A stretch of 64,000 nt of DNA from Bacteroidia bacterium (GCA_028247315.1 JAOKFZ010000002.1:18438-82437); one strand, 5' to 3'; shown: positions 49,105 through 59,595, counted from the first letter of the stretch. The notes: generated by a model not told the origin, from the letters alone. Numbers and translations are program-made.

Positions 49105-49905
49105 TTATCTGAGTACTTCGTTGCTAACTCCTGTAGTGCTAAATCCTCCGTCGTGAAATAAGTTCTGCATGGTAACCATTTTCGTGTAGTCAGAAAACAA
49201 CGATATGCAATAGTCTGCACAGGCATTTGCATCTGCATTACCCAATGGACTCATTTTAGCAGCGTAGCTTATAAAATCGTCAAATCCCTTTACTCCACTA
49301 CCTGCAGTAGTTACCGTAGGAGATTGAGATATGGTATTGACACGTACTTTAGATTTTTTACCATAGTGGTAGCCAAAGTTACGAGCTATACTCTCTAGTA
49401 TTGCTTTACTTTCTGCCATTTCGCTGTAGTCTGGGAATACGCGTTGTGCAGCTATGTATGTTAGTCCTAGTACAGATCCCCAATCCTTAATGGCATCTGC
49501 TTGATAAGCAGCTTGCAGCATTTTATGGAAAGACAATGCAGATATATCATACGTCTTGTGCGTCCAATCGTATTTTAGATTGGTGTATTCTCTTCCTTTT
49601 CGTACGTTTAAACTCATTCCTATACTGTGCAACATGAAATCAAATTGACCTCCGAAATGATCCATTGATTTGGCTATTAAGTCTACAACTTGGTCATTAT
49701 CTGTTACATCACATGGTATTATTGGTGCATTCAGTTTTTCAGAAAGATCACTAATAGCTCCCATTCGCATAGCTATTGGTGCATTAGTAAGTACTATCTC
49801 AGCACCCTGTTCTACACACTTCTCGGCTACTTTCCAAGCAATAGAATTGCTGTCTAATGCTCCCGAGATAATTCCTTTTTTCCCTTTTAAAAGATTGTTT
49901 GACAT
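49105..49905 (-). CDS. fabI: Enoyl-[acyl-carrier-protein] reductase (NADH), FabI
   Basis: Start GKKGIISGALDSNSIAWKVAEK, catalytic Y..K. The track ORF 49020..49238 overlapping its 3' end is spurious. Confidence 0.9.
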   Translation of the reverse strand: MSNNLLKGKKGIISGALDSNSIAWKVAEKCVEQGAEIVLTNAPIAMRMGAISDLSEKLNAPIIPCDVTDNDQVVDLIAKSMDHFGGQFDFMLHSIGMSLNVRKGREYTNLKYDWTHKTYDISALSFHKMLQAAYQADAIKDWGSVLGLTYIAAQRVFPDYSEMAESKAILESIARNFGYHYGKKSKVRVNTISQSPTVTTAGSGVKGFDDFISYAAKMSPLGNADANACADYCISLFSDYTKMVTMQNLFHDGGFSTTGVSNEVLR

Positions 49906-49959
49906 AAATGTTTCTTTTGACTTTGCAATGTTAGAAAAATAAAACATTTTTGACCGATA

Positions 49960-50736
49960 ATGAAAAAGGTTTTTTATTTCACACTATTTGCTTCAATGCT
50001 TAGTTCTGCCTGTTCCACTTCTTCTGATAAAGGTGCATTAAAAGATGCAGCAATAGGAATAGAAAAAGGGGAAGCGGGTACGTTTACGTTTGACACCAAA
50101 GACGGGGTCACTATTACAGCAGATTATTATCCAAATGAAGATGCTCGTAAAATTATTCTGCTGTTGCATCAAGCTGGTTACAGTAGGGGAGAGTATAAGA
50201 GTATTGCACCGCGACTTGTAGATAGTGGTTTTGCTTGTTTGGCCGTAGACTTAAGAAGTGGCGGTCTAGTCAATGAAGTTTTTAATGAAACTGCTAAAAG
50301 TGCCGAAGAAAAAAGTTTACCCACAAGCTATATAGATGCAAAACAAGATATAGTGACTGCAATAGCTTATGCTTCTGCAAATACGGACAAAGAAATTATC
50401 TTATGGGGGAGCTCATACAGTGCATCGCTGTCCTTAATGGTAGCGGCAGAAGATTCATTGGTTGCTAAGGTAGTGGCATTCAGTCCAGGTGAATATCTTA
50501 GCAATCAGAATATGGTTAAGAATGCTGTGACTGATCTAGATAAACCTGTATTTATTACAGGTTCAAGTGCAGAGTTTGATATAGTTGTAAGGCCCATAGT
50601 TATAGCTTTGAAGAATGCGAGTACTACAGAATATAGACCCAAAGGACCGTCAGATCACGGTTCTAAAACGTTATGGCAACAGAGTAAAGAGTCTAGCTTA
50701 ATTTATGCGAAGGTGTGTAGATTTCTGAAAGGGTAA
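49960..50736 (+). CDS. Alpha/beta hydrolase (dienelactone-hydrolase-like) lipoprotein
   Basis: Lipoprotein signal (..SSACS) and a GSSYS nucleophile elbow. Confidence 0.65.
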   Translation: MKKVFYFTLFASMLSSACSTSSDKGALKDAAIGIEKGEAGTFTFDTKDGVTITADYYPNEDARKIILLLHQAGYSRGEYKSIAPRLVDSGFACLAVDLRSGGLVNEVFNETAKSAEEKSLPTSYIDAKQDIVTAIAYASANTDKEIILWGSSYSASLSLMVAAEDSLVAKVVAFSPGEYLSNQNMVKNAVTDLDKPVFITGSSAEFDIVVRPIVIALKNASTTEYRPKGPSDHGSKTLWQQSKESSLIYAKVCRFLKG

Positions 50737-50741
50737 AACGA

Positions 50742-51410
50742 TCAATGTTTTACTAGCAGCTTTCCTCTGTATCTCTGGAACCTATCTGCATACAAGTCGT
50801 AGTATATGAATCCTTGTGGTAGAGAATAACTGCCTATGCTTATTTCTTCATCGTTTGTTTTTGTAGTTAAAATAATCTGTCCAATGGCATCGTACAATTT
50901 AAGTATAAAGGTTTCTTTTTCCTTGTTTTTAAAATGGAGTATAGAGTGGCTCTCTACAGGGTGAGGTACCACGAATATTTCTTGAGTAGCCTTCACCACA
51001 ACAACACTAATGGTATTTGAATAACCAATATTGCCAAGTTCTAATTTCACATAATTGCGTGCGTTCAATATGGGATTGTTCAATACATAAGAGTAATAAC
51101 GTTCACTTGAGTCGCCACAAATGCCATAGTAAGTTCCTCTGCGTTCAAACCCAGAAACACTGTCTCGTGATACTTCTATATGTATGTCTTGACAAGTAAA
51201 ACCAGCCCGAGTCTTCCAGCTTAGGTAAAGCTTGCCGTCTATTGCCGTTGCAGCAAAAGATGTTGCATAGGGATTGTACTCCTCTTGAGCCAAGGAAGAA
51301 AAATATGCCAGACCCGAAATAAGTACGAGTAAGGTAATTCTTATCTGCTTGTATATATGTTTACTTTTGCTGCACAAAACACCATGGAAAAAATAGCAAC
51401 AACTCTTCAC
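50742..51410 (-). CDS. Small secreted protein with a probable T9SS type-A C-terminal sorting domain
   Basis: The C-terminal ~75 aa (PHPVESHSILHF..LKLYDAIGQIIL..) resemble a Por_Secre_tail. The 5' end overlaps kdsA, so the true start is uncertain. Confidence 0.45.
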   Translation of the reverse strand: MKSCCYFFHGVLCSKSKHIYKQIRITLLVLISGLAYFSSLAQEEYNPYATSFAATAIDGKLYLSWKTRAGFTCQDIHIEVSRDSVSGFERRGTYYGICGDSSERYYSYVLNNPILNARNYVKLELGNIGYSNTISVVVVKATQEIFVVPHPVESHSILHFKNKEKETFILKLYDAIGQIILTTKTNDEEISIGSYSLPQGFIYYDLYADRFQRYRGKLLVKH

Positions 51411-52196
51411 GATATTTTACACTCAGACAAGCTTTTTTTATTGGCTGGACCTTGTGCAGTTGAAAATGAAAAAATCACGCTTGAAACTGCTGAATATCTT
51501 TCCAGATTAACGGACAAGCTAGGAATTCCTTACGTATTCAAATCATCTTATCGCAAAGCAAATAGAACGAAGTCAAGTTCATTTGCAGGTATAGGAGATG
51601 AAAAGGCCCTGAAACTACTCGGTAAAGTAAGGGAAGAGTTTGGTGTTCCTACGGTCACAGATGTACATGAAAGTCACGAAGCATCTATGGCTGCAGAGTT
51701 TGTTGACGTATTGCAGATACCTGCTTTTTTGTTCCGACAGACGGATTTATTACAAGCTGCTGGTCGTACCGGTCGTGTAGTAAATATAAAAAAAGGGCAA
51801 TTCGCTGGAGCAGAGGCAATGCAATTCGCCGCTAATAAGGTAAAAGAAACAGGAAATGATAAAGTACTACTTACCGAACGTGGTAATATGTTTGGATATG
51901 GTGATATGGTAGTAGACTATCGCAATTTGGTATGGATGAAGGAAATGGGATATCCTACTGTTATGGATGTAACACACTCACTGCAGCAACCCAATAATGG
52001 GAGTGGAGTAACTGGTGGTTTGCCTCAGCTGATAGAGCCTATGGCTAAAGCAGCAGTAGCAGTAGGAGTAAGTGGTTTATTTATAGAAACTCATCCTGAC
52101 CCAGCAAGTGCACTGAGTGATGGAGCCAATATGTTGCCACTTCACAAGATTGAAGAGTTGCTTATCAAGCTACTAAGGCTTCGTGAAAGTCTGTAA
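51384..52196 (+). CDS. kdsA: 3-deoxy-8-phosphooctulonate synthase
   Basis: KdsA-like throughout (..LLAGPCAVEN.., ..KSSYRKANR.., ..THSLQQP..). Confidence 0.9.
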   Translation: MEKIATTLHDILHSDKLFLLAGPCAVENEKITLETAEYLSRLTDKLGIPYVFKSSYRKANRTKSSSFAGIGDEKALKLLGKVREEFGVPTVTDVHESHEASMAAEFVDVLQIPAFLFRQTDLLQAAGRTGRVVNIKKGQFAGAEAMQFAANKVKETGNDKVLLTERGNMFGYGDMVVDYRNLVWMKEMGYPTVMDVTHSLQQPNNGSGVTGGLPQLIEPMAKAAVAVGVSGLFIETHPDPASALSDGANMLPLHKIEELLIKLLRLRESL

Positions 52197-52549
52197 ACTC
52201 ACTTTTATAAAAAGAGAGAGAGAATTGGTTACCCAATCTCCCTCTCAACCAACTAACCAATAAAATCAAATTCACCCACCTCAATAACGGTAACGTTGCG
52301 TGAATATTTTGTTATCGATGAATTTTATTGTTATTGGCCTTGACAATACATTAGCTGCCAATGCCTGTTTCCTAAACAAATTCTATATAGTCTAGGTTTT
52401 CGGAACTCCAGTCTTGGCGACACGAGAATTCTTGTCAGTTTTACTCATACTTGGGACTACACCATTGTTTCCATTTACCCGAAAATGTGGTACATAATAA
52501 GGTCCCTTCCTATCGTATTACTAACATCTGTAATCATAGGATCCCCATA

Positions 52550-52790
52550 CTAAATATGCACGGCTATCGGTACTACACTTTCCTCGTTTTTGTCTGTTAT
52601 CCGAGTCAAGGTGAGTCTGTCCCAATCATTGCAACTGCTACAAGCAGAGTCAAACAACATCAGGTTTATAATCCATGCGAGAGTTAAAGTAGATGCATCA
52701 TTATTTATTGGCTTCGGTAGGTAGAAACTATTTTGACAAGCTACAATAACTGAAGTCAAAAGCCCAAAAATTAAAGCATTTTCTTTCATT
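52550..52790 (-). CDS. Small Cys-containing lipoprotein, hypothetical
   Basis: 80 aa from an internal ATG. Lipoprotein signal MKENALIFGLLTSVIVAC, then five further Cys. Confidence 0.3.
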
Positions 52791-52895
52791 GTGTATATGT
52801 TCTCATGTCCTCGAACGAAAATTGAAGCAATCCTTACGCTGAATCTGACAGAAATAAATATTTTCGCAGAGAAAAATAGCATTATTCATAATAGT

Positions 52896-53444
52896 ATGGC
52901 ATTATACCTTTCAGAAATAGTTTCAGTAGCCGGCAAGCCAGGACTACAAAAATTAGTCGGTAACAGAGCAAACGGACTTATAGTAGAGTCTCTGGATGCA
53001 GCTGGAAAACGATTCCCAACGAGTCTTACTCAAAAAGTTTCGTTTCTTAGCGATATATCGATGTATACCTATGATGGCGATGAAAAACTTGAAGAAATTC
53101 TTAAGAAACTTCATACAGTTGCAGAAGGAGGCATAGAATTGATTTCTAAGAAAAGCAGTGCTGATGAAGTACACGCTTTTTTCAGAAAAGTAGTTGAAAA
53201 CTTTGACGAAGATCAAGTATATAACTCTGATATACTCAAGCTCGTATCGTGGTACAAGATATTGAAGGATAAGGTAGATTTTAATCAACTGACAGAACCA
53301 GAAACTAGTGAAGATGATAAGTCTGTTGTTAAAAAATCGGCTGCTAAGAAACCTATCAAAAAGGCTACTCCAAAAGGTGCTCCAAAAGCTCAGAGTAAAG
53401 CCAAAGGTGGTGTTAAAAAAACGGGCAATCTTAAGGCTGGATAG
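52896..53444 (+). CDS. DUF5606-like protein with a C-terminal Lys/Ala/Pro-rich histone-H1-like tail
   Basis: Probable start MALYLSEIVSVAGKPGLQKLVG. The tail is ..KKSAAKKPIKKATPKGAPKAQSKAKGGVKK. Confidence 0.45.
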   Translation: MALYLSEIVSVAGKPGLQKLVGNRANGLIVESLDAAGKRFPTSLTQKVSFLSDISMYTYDGDEKLEEILKKLHTVAEGGIELISKKSSADEVHAFFRKVVENFDEDQVYNSDILKLVSWYKILKDKVDFNQLTEPETSEDDKSVVKKSAAKKPIKKATPKGAPKAQSKAKGGVKKTGNLKAG

Positions 53445-53450
53445 TATAGT

Positions 53451-53855
53451 TTACTTGGCTAATTTTAATCCCAGCCAAGCAAATGGAAAATAGGCGAATG
53501 CTAAGTCTACTATAGTTGGTGACAAAGGAGTGCCAATCATACTGGCTACAGTTATTCCACCTATAAAGAACCAAGTACCGACGATAATTCCTACAGTTTG
53601 TTTTCTGCGAATTGCCAATTTTACGGCAACAAAGGCGGCTACAAATGTTCCTATGGCATGTGCTAAGAATGGTATGATATAATGTTTAGCCTCATACAAG
53701 TGAATGTTTGCTCTGATGGACTTTATATCCTCGGGGTCTACACCTAGTGGTGGAGAGATGTATATGCCCCCTTTAGAAACAATGAGCATGTTAAAAGCAC
53801 TCCCTACCAACACACCTCCACTTATGGCTAAAAGATTTCGTAATACAGGTTTCAT
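53451..53855 (-). CDS. Small integral membrane protein, hypothetical
   Basis: 134 aa with 4 TM segments. Confidence 0.45.
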   Translation of the reverse strand: MKPVLRNLLAISGGVLVGSAFNMLIVSKGGIYISPPLGVDPEDIKSIRANIHLYEAKHYIIPFLAHAIGTFVAAFVAVKLAIRRKQTVGIIVGTWFFIGGITVASMIGTPLSPTIVDLAFAYFPFAWLGLKLAK

Positions 53856-53896
53856 GATTTTATTCCTTGCTAAATTATTACCAAAAGTAGTTATAA

Positions 53897-55521
53897 CTAC
53901 CTAAAATATGCTTGACGAAGATCTAAATGATTCAATGGATTTACTTTAATGTTCTCTAATTTATTAGAACGAATCCAGATACTTTCATCATAGAAAAGCA
54001 ATATGTATGGCTGGTCCACCCCTAGTTTGTGTTGTAAACTTACAAATAAGTCTTGTCGTTTTATAGGGTCGGTTTCTGATAGAAGTTGCAAATATTCTGT
54101 ATCAAATTCTGGGTTATTATAGCGTGTGTAGTTTGGCCCGATAGGAGCCTTGTTTTTACTATAAAAACAGGCCATATAGTTTTCTCCATCCGGATAATCA
54201 GCTATCCAACTACTTCTAAAAAAAGTCAAGTCTCCGGCAGATTTTTGCTGCTTGAGTATACTACTGGGCACTACATCGATCTTAATTTGGATACCTATGT
54301 CTGCACAATTTTTTTGCACTAGGATGCAGAGGTCTAAATAGTCAGCAGTAGTCGTAAGTATAAGAGGCTTGGTCTGCTTTACGGCAGATTTTACGAGATA
54401 TTTTTGGGCCAAATAACGGTTGTACTGGTATTCCTTAGTAGCTTCATAAGCTGGTAGACCTATAGGACAAAAGCCTCCATTTGCTGGTTTCCCTACTCCG
54501 TTACGGAGGTAGCGTATCATTTTTATTCTATCAATACTGTGATGTATTGCCTTTCTGAAGTTGACATCTTGCACGGGGGAAGTACTGTCTTCCAAATTAA
54601 AAGCTAAGTACTCGGTATTCAGAAAAGGACTTTTTTTTAGCTCAAAGTTGTTCTTATATTCTGATTTTAATGTGCCGTCTACAGTGAGTATTTCATCTTT
54701 GAAGGAACTCTCTAACCCGGTAAATAAGTCTAGCTTACCTTGTGTGAAATCGAGTAATTCTGTTTGTTTACTTTGTACAAAACATATGGAAATGGCATCT
54801 ATTTTAGGAATGGGGTTTGCTGGTGTTGACTCATAGTAGTTTTCATTTTTTATAAGGTTGAGTTTTATGCCGTCTGCCCAGTTTGCAAACTGAAAAGGAC
54901 CGGTACCTACGGGGTTTTTACCATAACTATCCCCGTAATATTCTACTGCCTCCTGAGGCACTACATAGCAGTATGCCATGGTGAGCATACGCAGTAGTGG
55001 TGTAAATGGCTTTTTAAGATTAATCTCTAGTGTACTGTCATTTGGTGCATAAAATGGATCTGTCCTGTCGATTATTTCATTGAAAATCCATGCTCCATCA
55101 GAGGCTGTATTTGGATTTATTATTCTATTGAATGAGTATACAAAATCGTTAGCAGTTACTTCTCGCTTTTCGTTTTTAAAAACAGGGTCGTTGTGGAAAA
55201 ATATGCCCTTTTTGATCACAAAAGTATACGTTTTAGCATCTGAGGATACAGTGTAGTTTTTTGCAATAGCAGGTATGATATTTAAATTATCGTCGAGCTG
55301 AAGAAGTCCGTTAAATAGCTGATTTACAGTGCGTATGTTTTCTTGTGTTCGGGCAAAGGCAGGATCCAATGAACTGATACCCGTAGGACTATTGAACCGG
55401 ATAATCTGTTTTTGTTCGTTTTGACTTTCATTTTTGCAAGAAATCAACATTAAAGTGATGTGTATAACTACTAAAAACCTGTTAATTATCGACCTATTAA
55501 TCTGCTTAGATTTGAATTTCA
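53897..55521 (-). CDS. ABC transporter substrate-binding lipoprotein, family 5 (OppA/DppA-like)
   Basis: SBP_bac_5-like body. A TTG start at 55521 gives the lipoprotein signal MKFKSKQINRSIINRFLVVIHITLMLISC and removes the overlap with the downstream hydrolase gene. Confidence 0.7.
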
Positions 55522-55534
55522 AAGATTTACTACG

Positions 55535-56221
55535 GTGCAGCCACAGATTACATATTACGGACATTCGTGCTTTTCGATTAAAGTTGGCGGTAAAAATATA
55601 CTGTTTGATCCGTTTATTTCTCCGAATCCGCAAGCAAGTATGGTCGATGTTTCCACAATACAACCTGACGTGATGCTCATATCACATGGACACGGAGATC
55701 ACATAGCAGATGCAGTTGCTATAGCGAAACAAAGTAAGTGCAGCGTGGCAGCAGCATATGAGGTTACAGAGTGGATGGCTGCTCAAGGTGTAGAGAACTG
55801 CTTTCCCATGAATACGGGAGGAACACTAGATTTAGACGTTTGCAAAATAAAAATGGTAAGAGCTGAGCACAGTAGTTCATTTCCTGATGGCAGTTATGCC
55901 GGAGATGCTATTGGTTTTGTCGTTCACAATGAGGAAACTTGTTTTTATTACGCTGGAGATACAGCACTTACGCTAGACATGCAACTTATACCCTTAGAGT
56001 TTAAACTTGATTTTGCCTTTTTACCGATAGGTGATAACTTTACTATGGGTGTGGGTGATGCATGCAGGGCTGCTAAATTACTCAATTGTAATGAAGTTGT
56101 AGGAATGCATTTTGATACTTTTCCGCCTATAGAAATAGACCACAAACAAGCTAAAAAAACGTTTAAGGATAACGATATACATTTAACATTACCCATTATT
56201 AATCAAACAATAGAACTATAA
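55535..56221 (+). CDS. Metal-dependent hydrolase, MBL fold (UPF0173 family)
   Basis: HxHxDH motif (ISHGHGDHIAD). GTG start. Confidence 0.8.
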   Translation: MQPQITYYGHSCFSIKVGGKNILFDPFISPNPQASMVDVSTIQPDVMLISHGHGDHIADAVAIAKQSKCSVAAAYEVTEWMAAQGVENCFPMNTGGTLDLDVCKIKMVRAEHSSSFPDGSYAGDAIGFVVHNEETCFYYAGDTALTLDMQLIPLEFKLDFAFLPIGDNFTMGVGDACRAAKLLNCNEVVGMHFDTFPPIEIDHKQAKKTFKDNDIHLTLPIINQTIEL

Positions 56222-56231
56222 TAAATATACC

Positions 56232-57032
56232 ATGTCGAAAATAATTTGTGTAGCAAACCAAAAAGGAGGAGTAGGAAAAACGACGACAGCAACAAACCTG
56301 GCGTACAGCCTTGCTGTATTAGAAAATAGGGTACTGCTTGTAGATGCAGATCCACAGGCTAACTCTACATCTCATCTTGGGATGGACCCTAAAAACGTAA
56401 GACTAGGGTTGTATGAGTTGATGGTGCAAGACCTAAACCCTACAGATGCTATCTTGGATACTAAGTATGAGTATCTTAAAATATTGCCAGCAAATATTGA
56501 TTTAGTAGGAGCGGAGATAGAGATGATAGATTTACCCAACCGCGAGAAAATTATGGGTAAAATGTTTGATAAGATAAGAGACAATTATGAGTTCATTATC
56601 ATTGATTGCTCTCCGTCACTAGGACTTATTACTACGAATGCCCTTGGAGCAGCTGATTCGGTAATAATCCCTGTACAGTGCGAGTACTTTGCACTGGAAG
56701 GATTGGGTAAATTGCTTAATACTATTAAGATTGTACAACGCAGTATCAACATTAAATTGGAAATAGAAGGCCTACTTCTTACGATGTATGATTCTCGTTT
56801 AAGATTAAGTAATCAAGTAGTAGAAGAAGTTAAACTACACTTCCAACAATTGGTTTTTGATACCATAATAAAAAGAAATACGACGCTAAGTGAGGCTCCG
56901 AGTTTTGGGATACCAGTACTCGAGCATGATGCCACAGCATCCGGTAGTTTAGGTTACCTAAACCTGGCTAGAGAGTTGCTCCAAAAAAATGGGATGACCA
57001 AAATAAGTGAGGAAGAAAGAATCATACAGTAA
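56232..57032 (+). CDS. parA: Chromosome partitioning ATPase ParA/Soj
   Basis: Deviant Walker A KGGVGKTT. Confidence 0.95.
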   Translation: MSKIICVANQKGGVGKTTTATNLAYSLAVLENRVLLVDADPQANSTSHLGMDPKNVRLGLYELMVQDLNPTDAILDTKYEYLKILPANIDLVGAEIEMIDLPNREKIMGKMFDKIRDNYEFIIIDCSPSLGLITTNALGAADSVIIPVQCEYFALEGLGKLLNTIKIVQRSINIKLEIEGLLLTMYDSRLRLSNQVVEEVKLHFQQLVFDTIIKRNTTLSEAPSFGIPVLEHDATASGSLGYLNLARELLQKNGMTKISEEERIIQ

Positions 57033-57908
57033 ATGACAAAACGAGTATTAGGAAGAGGACTCAGTGCATTGCTCGAAAACGCAGATACTGATATCACAAG
57101 CATAGAACCCAAAGCACTGCACAGTATTGCAGATATTCAGATTAGCCAAATTATTGCTAATCCGTTTCAACCTCGAACAGAGTTTGACGACGTAGCACTC
57201 AACGAGCTTTCTGAATCGATTAAAATACACGGTGTAATACAGCCAATAACCGTGCGTAAAATGGGATACGAAAAGTATGAACTCATAAGTGGTGAGCGAC
57301 GAACTCGAGCTTCTATATTAGCTGGCCTAGCACATATTCCTGCTTACATTAGGTTGGCAAATGACCAGCAAATGCTAGAGATGGCTCTGATAGAAAACAT
57401 ACAGCGTGAAAACCTTAATGCTATCGAGATTGCCTTGTCGTATCAACGATTATTAGAAGAATGTGATCTAAAACAAGACGAATTAGGAGACAGAGTAGGG
57501 AAGAAACGAAGTACGGTGAATAATTACCTCCGCTTGTTGCGTTTGCCAGAAGAAATCCAACTGTCCATAAAAGATGGTAAACTCATGATGGGCCACGCTC
57601 GTGCTTTGGTAAATGTAGAAGATACCCATACGCAACTGGCACTATTTAAAGCTGCGGTAAATGGGAATCTAAGTGTTCGCCAAGTAGAAGAATTGGTGCG
57701 AAATGAGAAAGAGGTAGGTGAAAAGAATTCTAGCAAATCTGCTGCTACGTACTTTGATTTTACCAACTATATTTCTCGTAAGGAGAAGATAGAGAAGCAA
57801 CTTGGTACAAACGTTAAATTCAAATCGCGTTCTAGCGAAAATGGGACCATTCATATTAGTTTTTCGTCTAAAGAACAGTTAGATGATATCCTGAAGAAAA
57901 TGGAATAA
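57033..57908 (+). CDS. parB: Chromosome partitioning protein ParB/Spo0J
   Basis: ParB box GERRTRAS and HTH. Immediately follows parA. Confidence 0.95.
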   Translation: MTKRVLGRGLSALLENADTDITSIEPKALHSIADIQISQIIANPFQPRTEFDDVALNELSESIKIHGVIQPITVRKMGYEKYELISGERRTRASILAGLAHIPAYIRLANDQQMLEMALIENIQRENLNAIEIALSYQRLLEECDLKQDELGDRVGKKRSTVNNYLRLLRLPEEIQLSIKDGKLMMGHARALVNVEDTHTQLALFKAAVNGNLSVRQVEELVRNEKEVGEKNSSKSAATYFDFTNYISRKEKIEKQLGTNVKFKSRSSENGTIHISFSSKEQLDDILKKME

Positions 57909-57921
57909 TACCTTTGCGGTA

Positions 57922-58524
57922 ATGAAAAGAGGGTTTGTTTCTTTTATACTACTTGCTATGGCTGCATTTGGCTATGCTCAGCGGCCCTATCATGCTGCGT
58001 ATTTACAAAACTTCTCACAAAGTGATGCCGCACAACAGCTAGATTTAACAAAGGATAGTACTGTATGGACTAGGCCCAAGAAGGCCACCGTTCTAGCAAT
58101 GATATTGCCAGGTGCAGGCCAGCTTTACAATAAAAAATATTGGAAAGCAGCTGTAGTATATGCGGGTGTCGGCGGACTTATTTATAGCTACCGTTTCAAC
58201 AAAGATAGCTTGGCAGCGTATCAAGCTATTTTGATAAATAAGATACAGTCTGCAAATGATACGTCAATAGCAGACAACTTTCCGCTACTTACTACTGCAG
58301 GAGTTACCAGTAATCGAGACTTTTATCGTAGAAATAGAGATGTCACCATCATAGGTTTTGTAGCTCTGTATGCTCTGCAAATAATAGATGCCAATGTAGA
58401 CGCTCACCTTCGAGAGTTTGAAGTAAACGAAAATTTATCCTTGCATGTATCTCCAGATATAATGCGTACAAGACCAGGAATGGGTACGTACAATGGTATT
58501 ACACTTACGCTGCGACTGAAATAA
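57922..58524 (+). CDS. DUF5683-like secreted protein (conserved downstream of parB in Bacteroidota)
   Basis: Signal peptide. The assignment rests on synteny. Confidence 0.5.
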   Translation: MKRGFVSFILLAMAAFGYAQRPYHAAYLQNFSQSDAAQQLDLTKDSTVWTRPKKATVLAMILPGAGQLYNKKYWKAAVVYAGVGGLIYSYRFNKDSLAAYQAILINKIQSANDTSIADNFPLLTTAGVTSNRDFYRRNRDVTIIGFVALYALQIIDANVDAHLREFEVNENLSLHVSPDIMRTRPGMGTYNGITLTLRLK

Positions 58525-58626
58525 AGCGGTATTTTTTGTCATTCTAAAAAACGTCTCTCCTCCGCCAATACTTTTGGTGTTGCAGGTAAATGAATACATT
58601 CGCAACTCAATACAGAATTCAAAAAT

Positions 58627-59514
58627 ATGCAACATATATCAGTAATAGGATCAGGAACTATGGGTAACGGAATAGCCCATGTCTTTGCTCAGAAGGGCTA
58701 CAAGGTAGCACTTATAGATATTAGCCAGCCAGCACTAGATAAAGCTCTAACTAATATAGCTAAAAATCTGGACCGTATGGTGGCCAAAGAGAGAATCTCT
58801 GAAGCTGATAAAGCCAGTACGCTTGCAAATATTACAACATACACTGCTTTGGCAGAAGGGGTGAAATCTGCAGATTTAGTTGTAGAAGCAGCCACCGAGA
58901 ATAAGGAACTGAAGTTTAAAATATTTAAGGAGATGGATGCACATGCACCTGCAGGATGTATTTTAGCGTCGAATACTTCGTCTATTAGCATCACAGAGCT
59001 TGCTGCACAAACAGGTAGACCAGATAAGGTGATAGGAATGCACTTTATGAATCCGGTTCCTGTAATGAAGCTTGTAGAGATTATCAATGGATACAACACA
59101 TCTAAAGAAGTTACCGCAACTATAGATGAGCTCAGCAAGAAAATAGGTAAAGTCCCTGCTATGGCAAATGACTATCCTGGTTTCATAGCCAATAGAATAT
59201 TAATGCCAATGATAAATGAGGCTATATGGACGCTGCACGAAGGAGTAGGAGAGGTGACCAATATAGACACAGTAATGAAGCTTGGTATGGCTCACCCTAT
59301 GGGTCCATTGCAACTAGCAGATTTTATTGGACTAGATGTATGTCTAGCTATACTAAATGTACTGCACGACGGTTTTGGTAATCCTAAGTATGCACCGTGT
59401 CCATTGCTAGTCAATATGGTAAATGCGGGTAAGAAGGGAATTAAGTCTGGAGAAGGATTCTACTCATGGACACACGGAACTAAAGAGCTTATAGTCAGCG
59501 ATAGTTTTACTTAG
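58627..59514 (+). CDS. 3-hydroxybutyryl-CoA / 3-hydroxyacyl-CoA dehydrogenase
   Basis: NAD-binding GSGTMGNGIA and an HBD C-terminal domain. Confidence 0.9.
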   Translation: MQHISVIGSGTMGNGIAHVFAQKGYKVALIDISQPALDKALTNIAKNLDRMVAKERISEADKASTLANITTYTALAEGVKSADLVVEAATENKELKFKIFKEMDAHAPAGCILASNTSSISITELAAQTGRPDKVIGMHFMNPVPVMKLVEIINGYNTSKEVTATIDELSKKIGKVPAMANDYPGFIANRILMPMINEAIWTLHEGVGEVTNIDTVMKLGMAHPMGPLQLADFIGLDVCLAILNVLHDGFGNPKYAPCPLLVNMVNAGKKGIKSGEGFYSWTHGTKELIVSDSFT

Positions 59515-59560
59515 GAGTGTGAGGAGATAAGAGTAACTAGTCATTCTTATTGAAGGTATT

Positions 59561-59595
59561 GAAGCACTGTCCGATAGGGGCGGTGCTTTTTTTTA
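59561..59595 (+). terminator. Hairpin plus T8 terminator after the hbd-like gene
   Basis: Stem agcac..gtgct followed by tttttttt. Confidence 0.5.

Noticed and set aside
49020-49238. 72-aa minus-strand ORF (MQMQMPVQTIAYRC...)
   Set aside because: It overlaps the 3' end of fabI in another frame, with no signal or motif.
52213-52247. Possible terminator hairpin gagagagagaattggttacccaatctccctctc after kdsA
   Set aside because: The stem is imperfect and no T-run follows on the kdsA strand. It might be a weak terminator, but I do not list it as a feature.
52451-52687. 78-aa plus-strand ORF in the post-kdsA gap
   Set aside because: It overlaps the small minus-strand lipoprotein ORF. Composition is Cys/His-rich but irregular. 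I could not support either as real with confidence, and kept only the lipoprotein-like one at low confidence.
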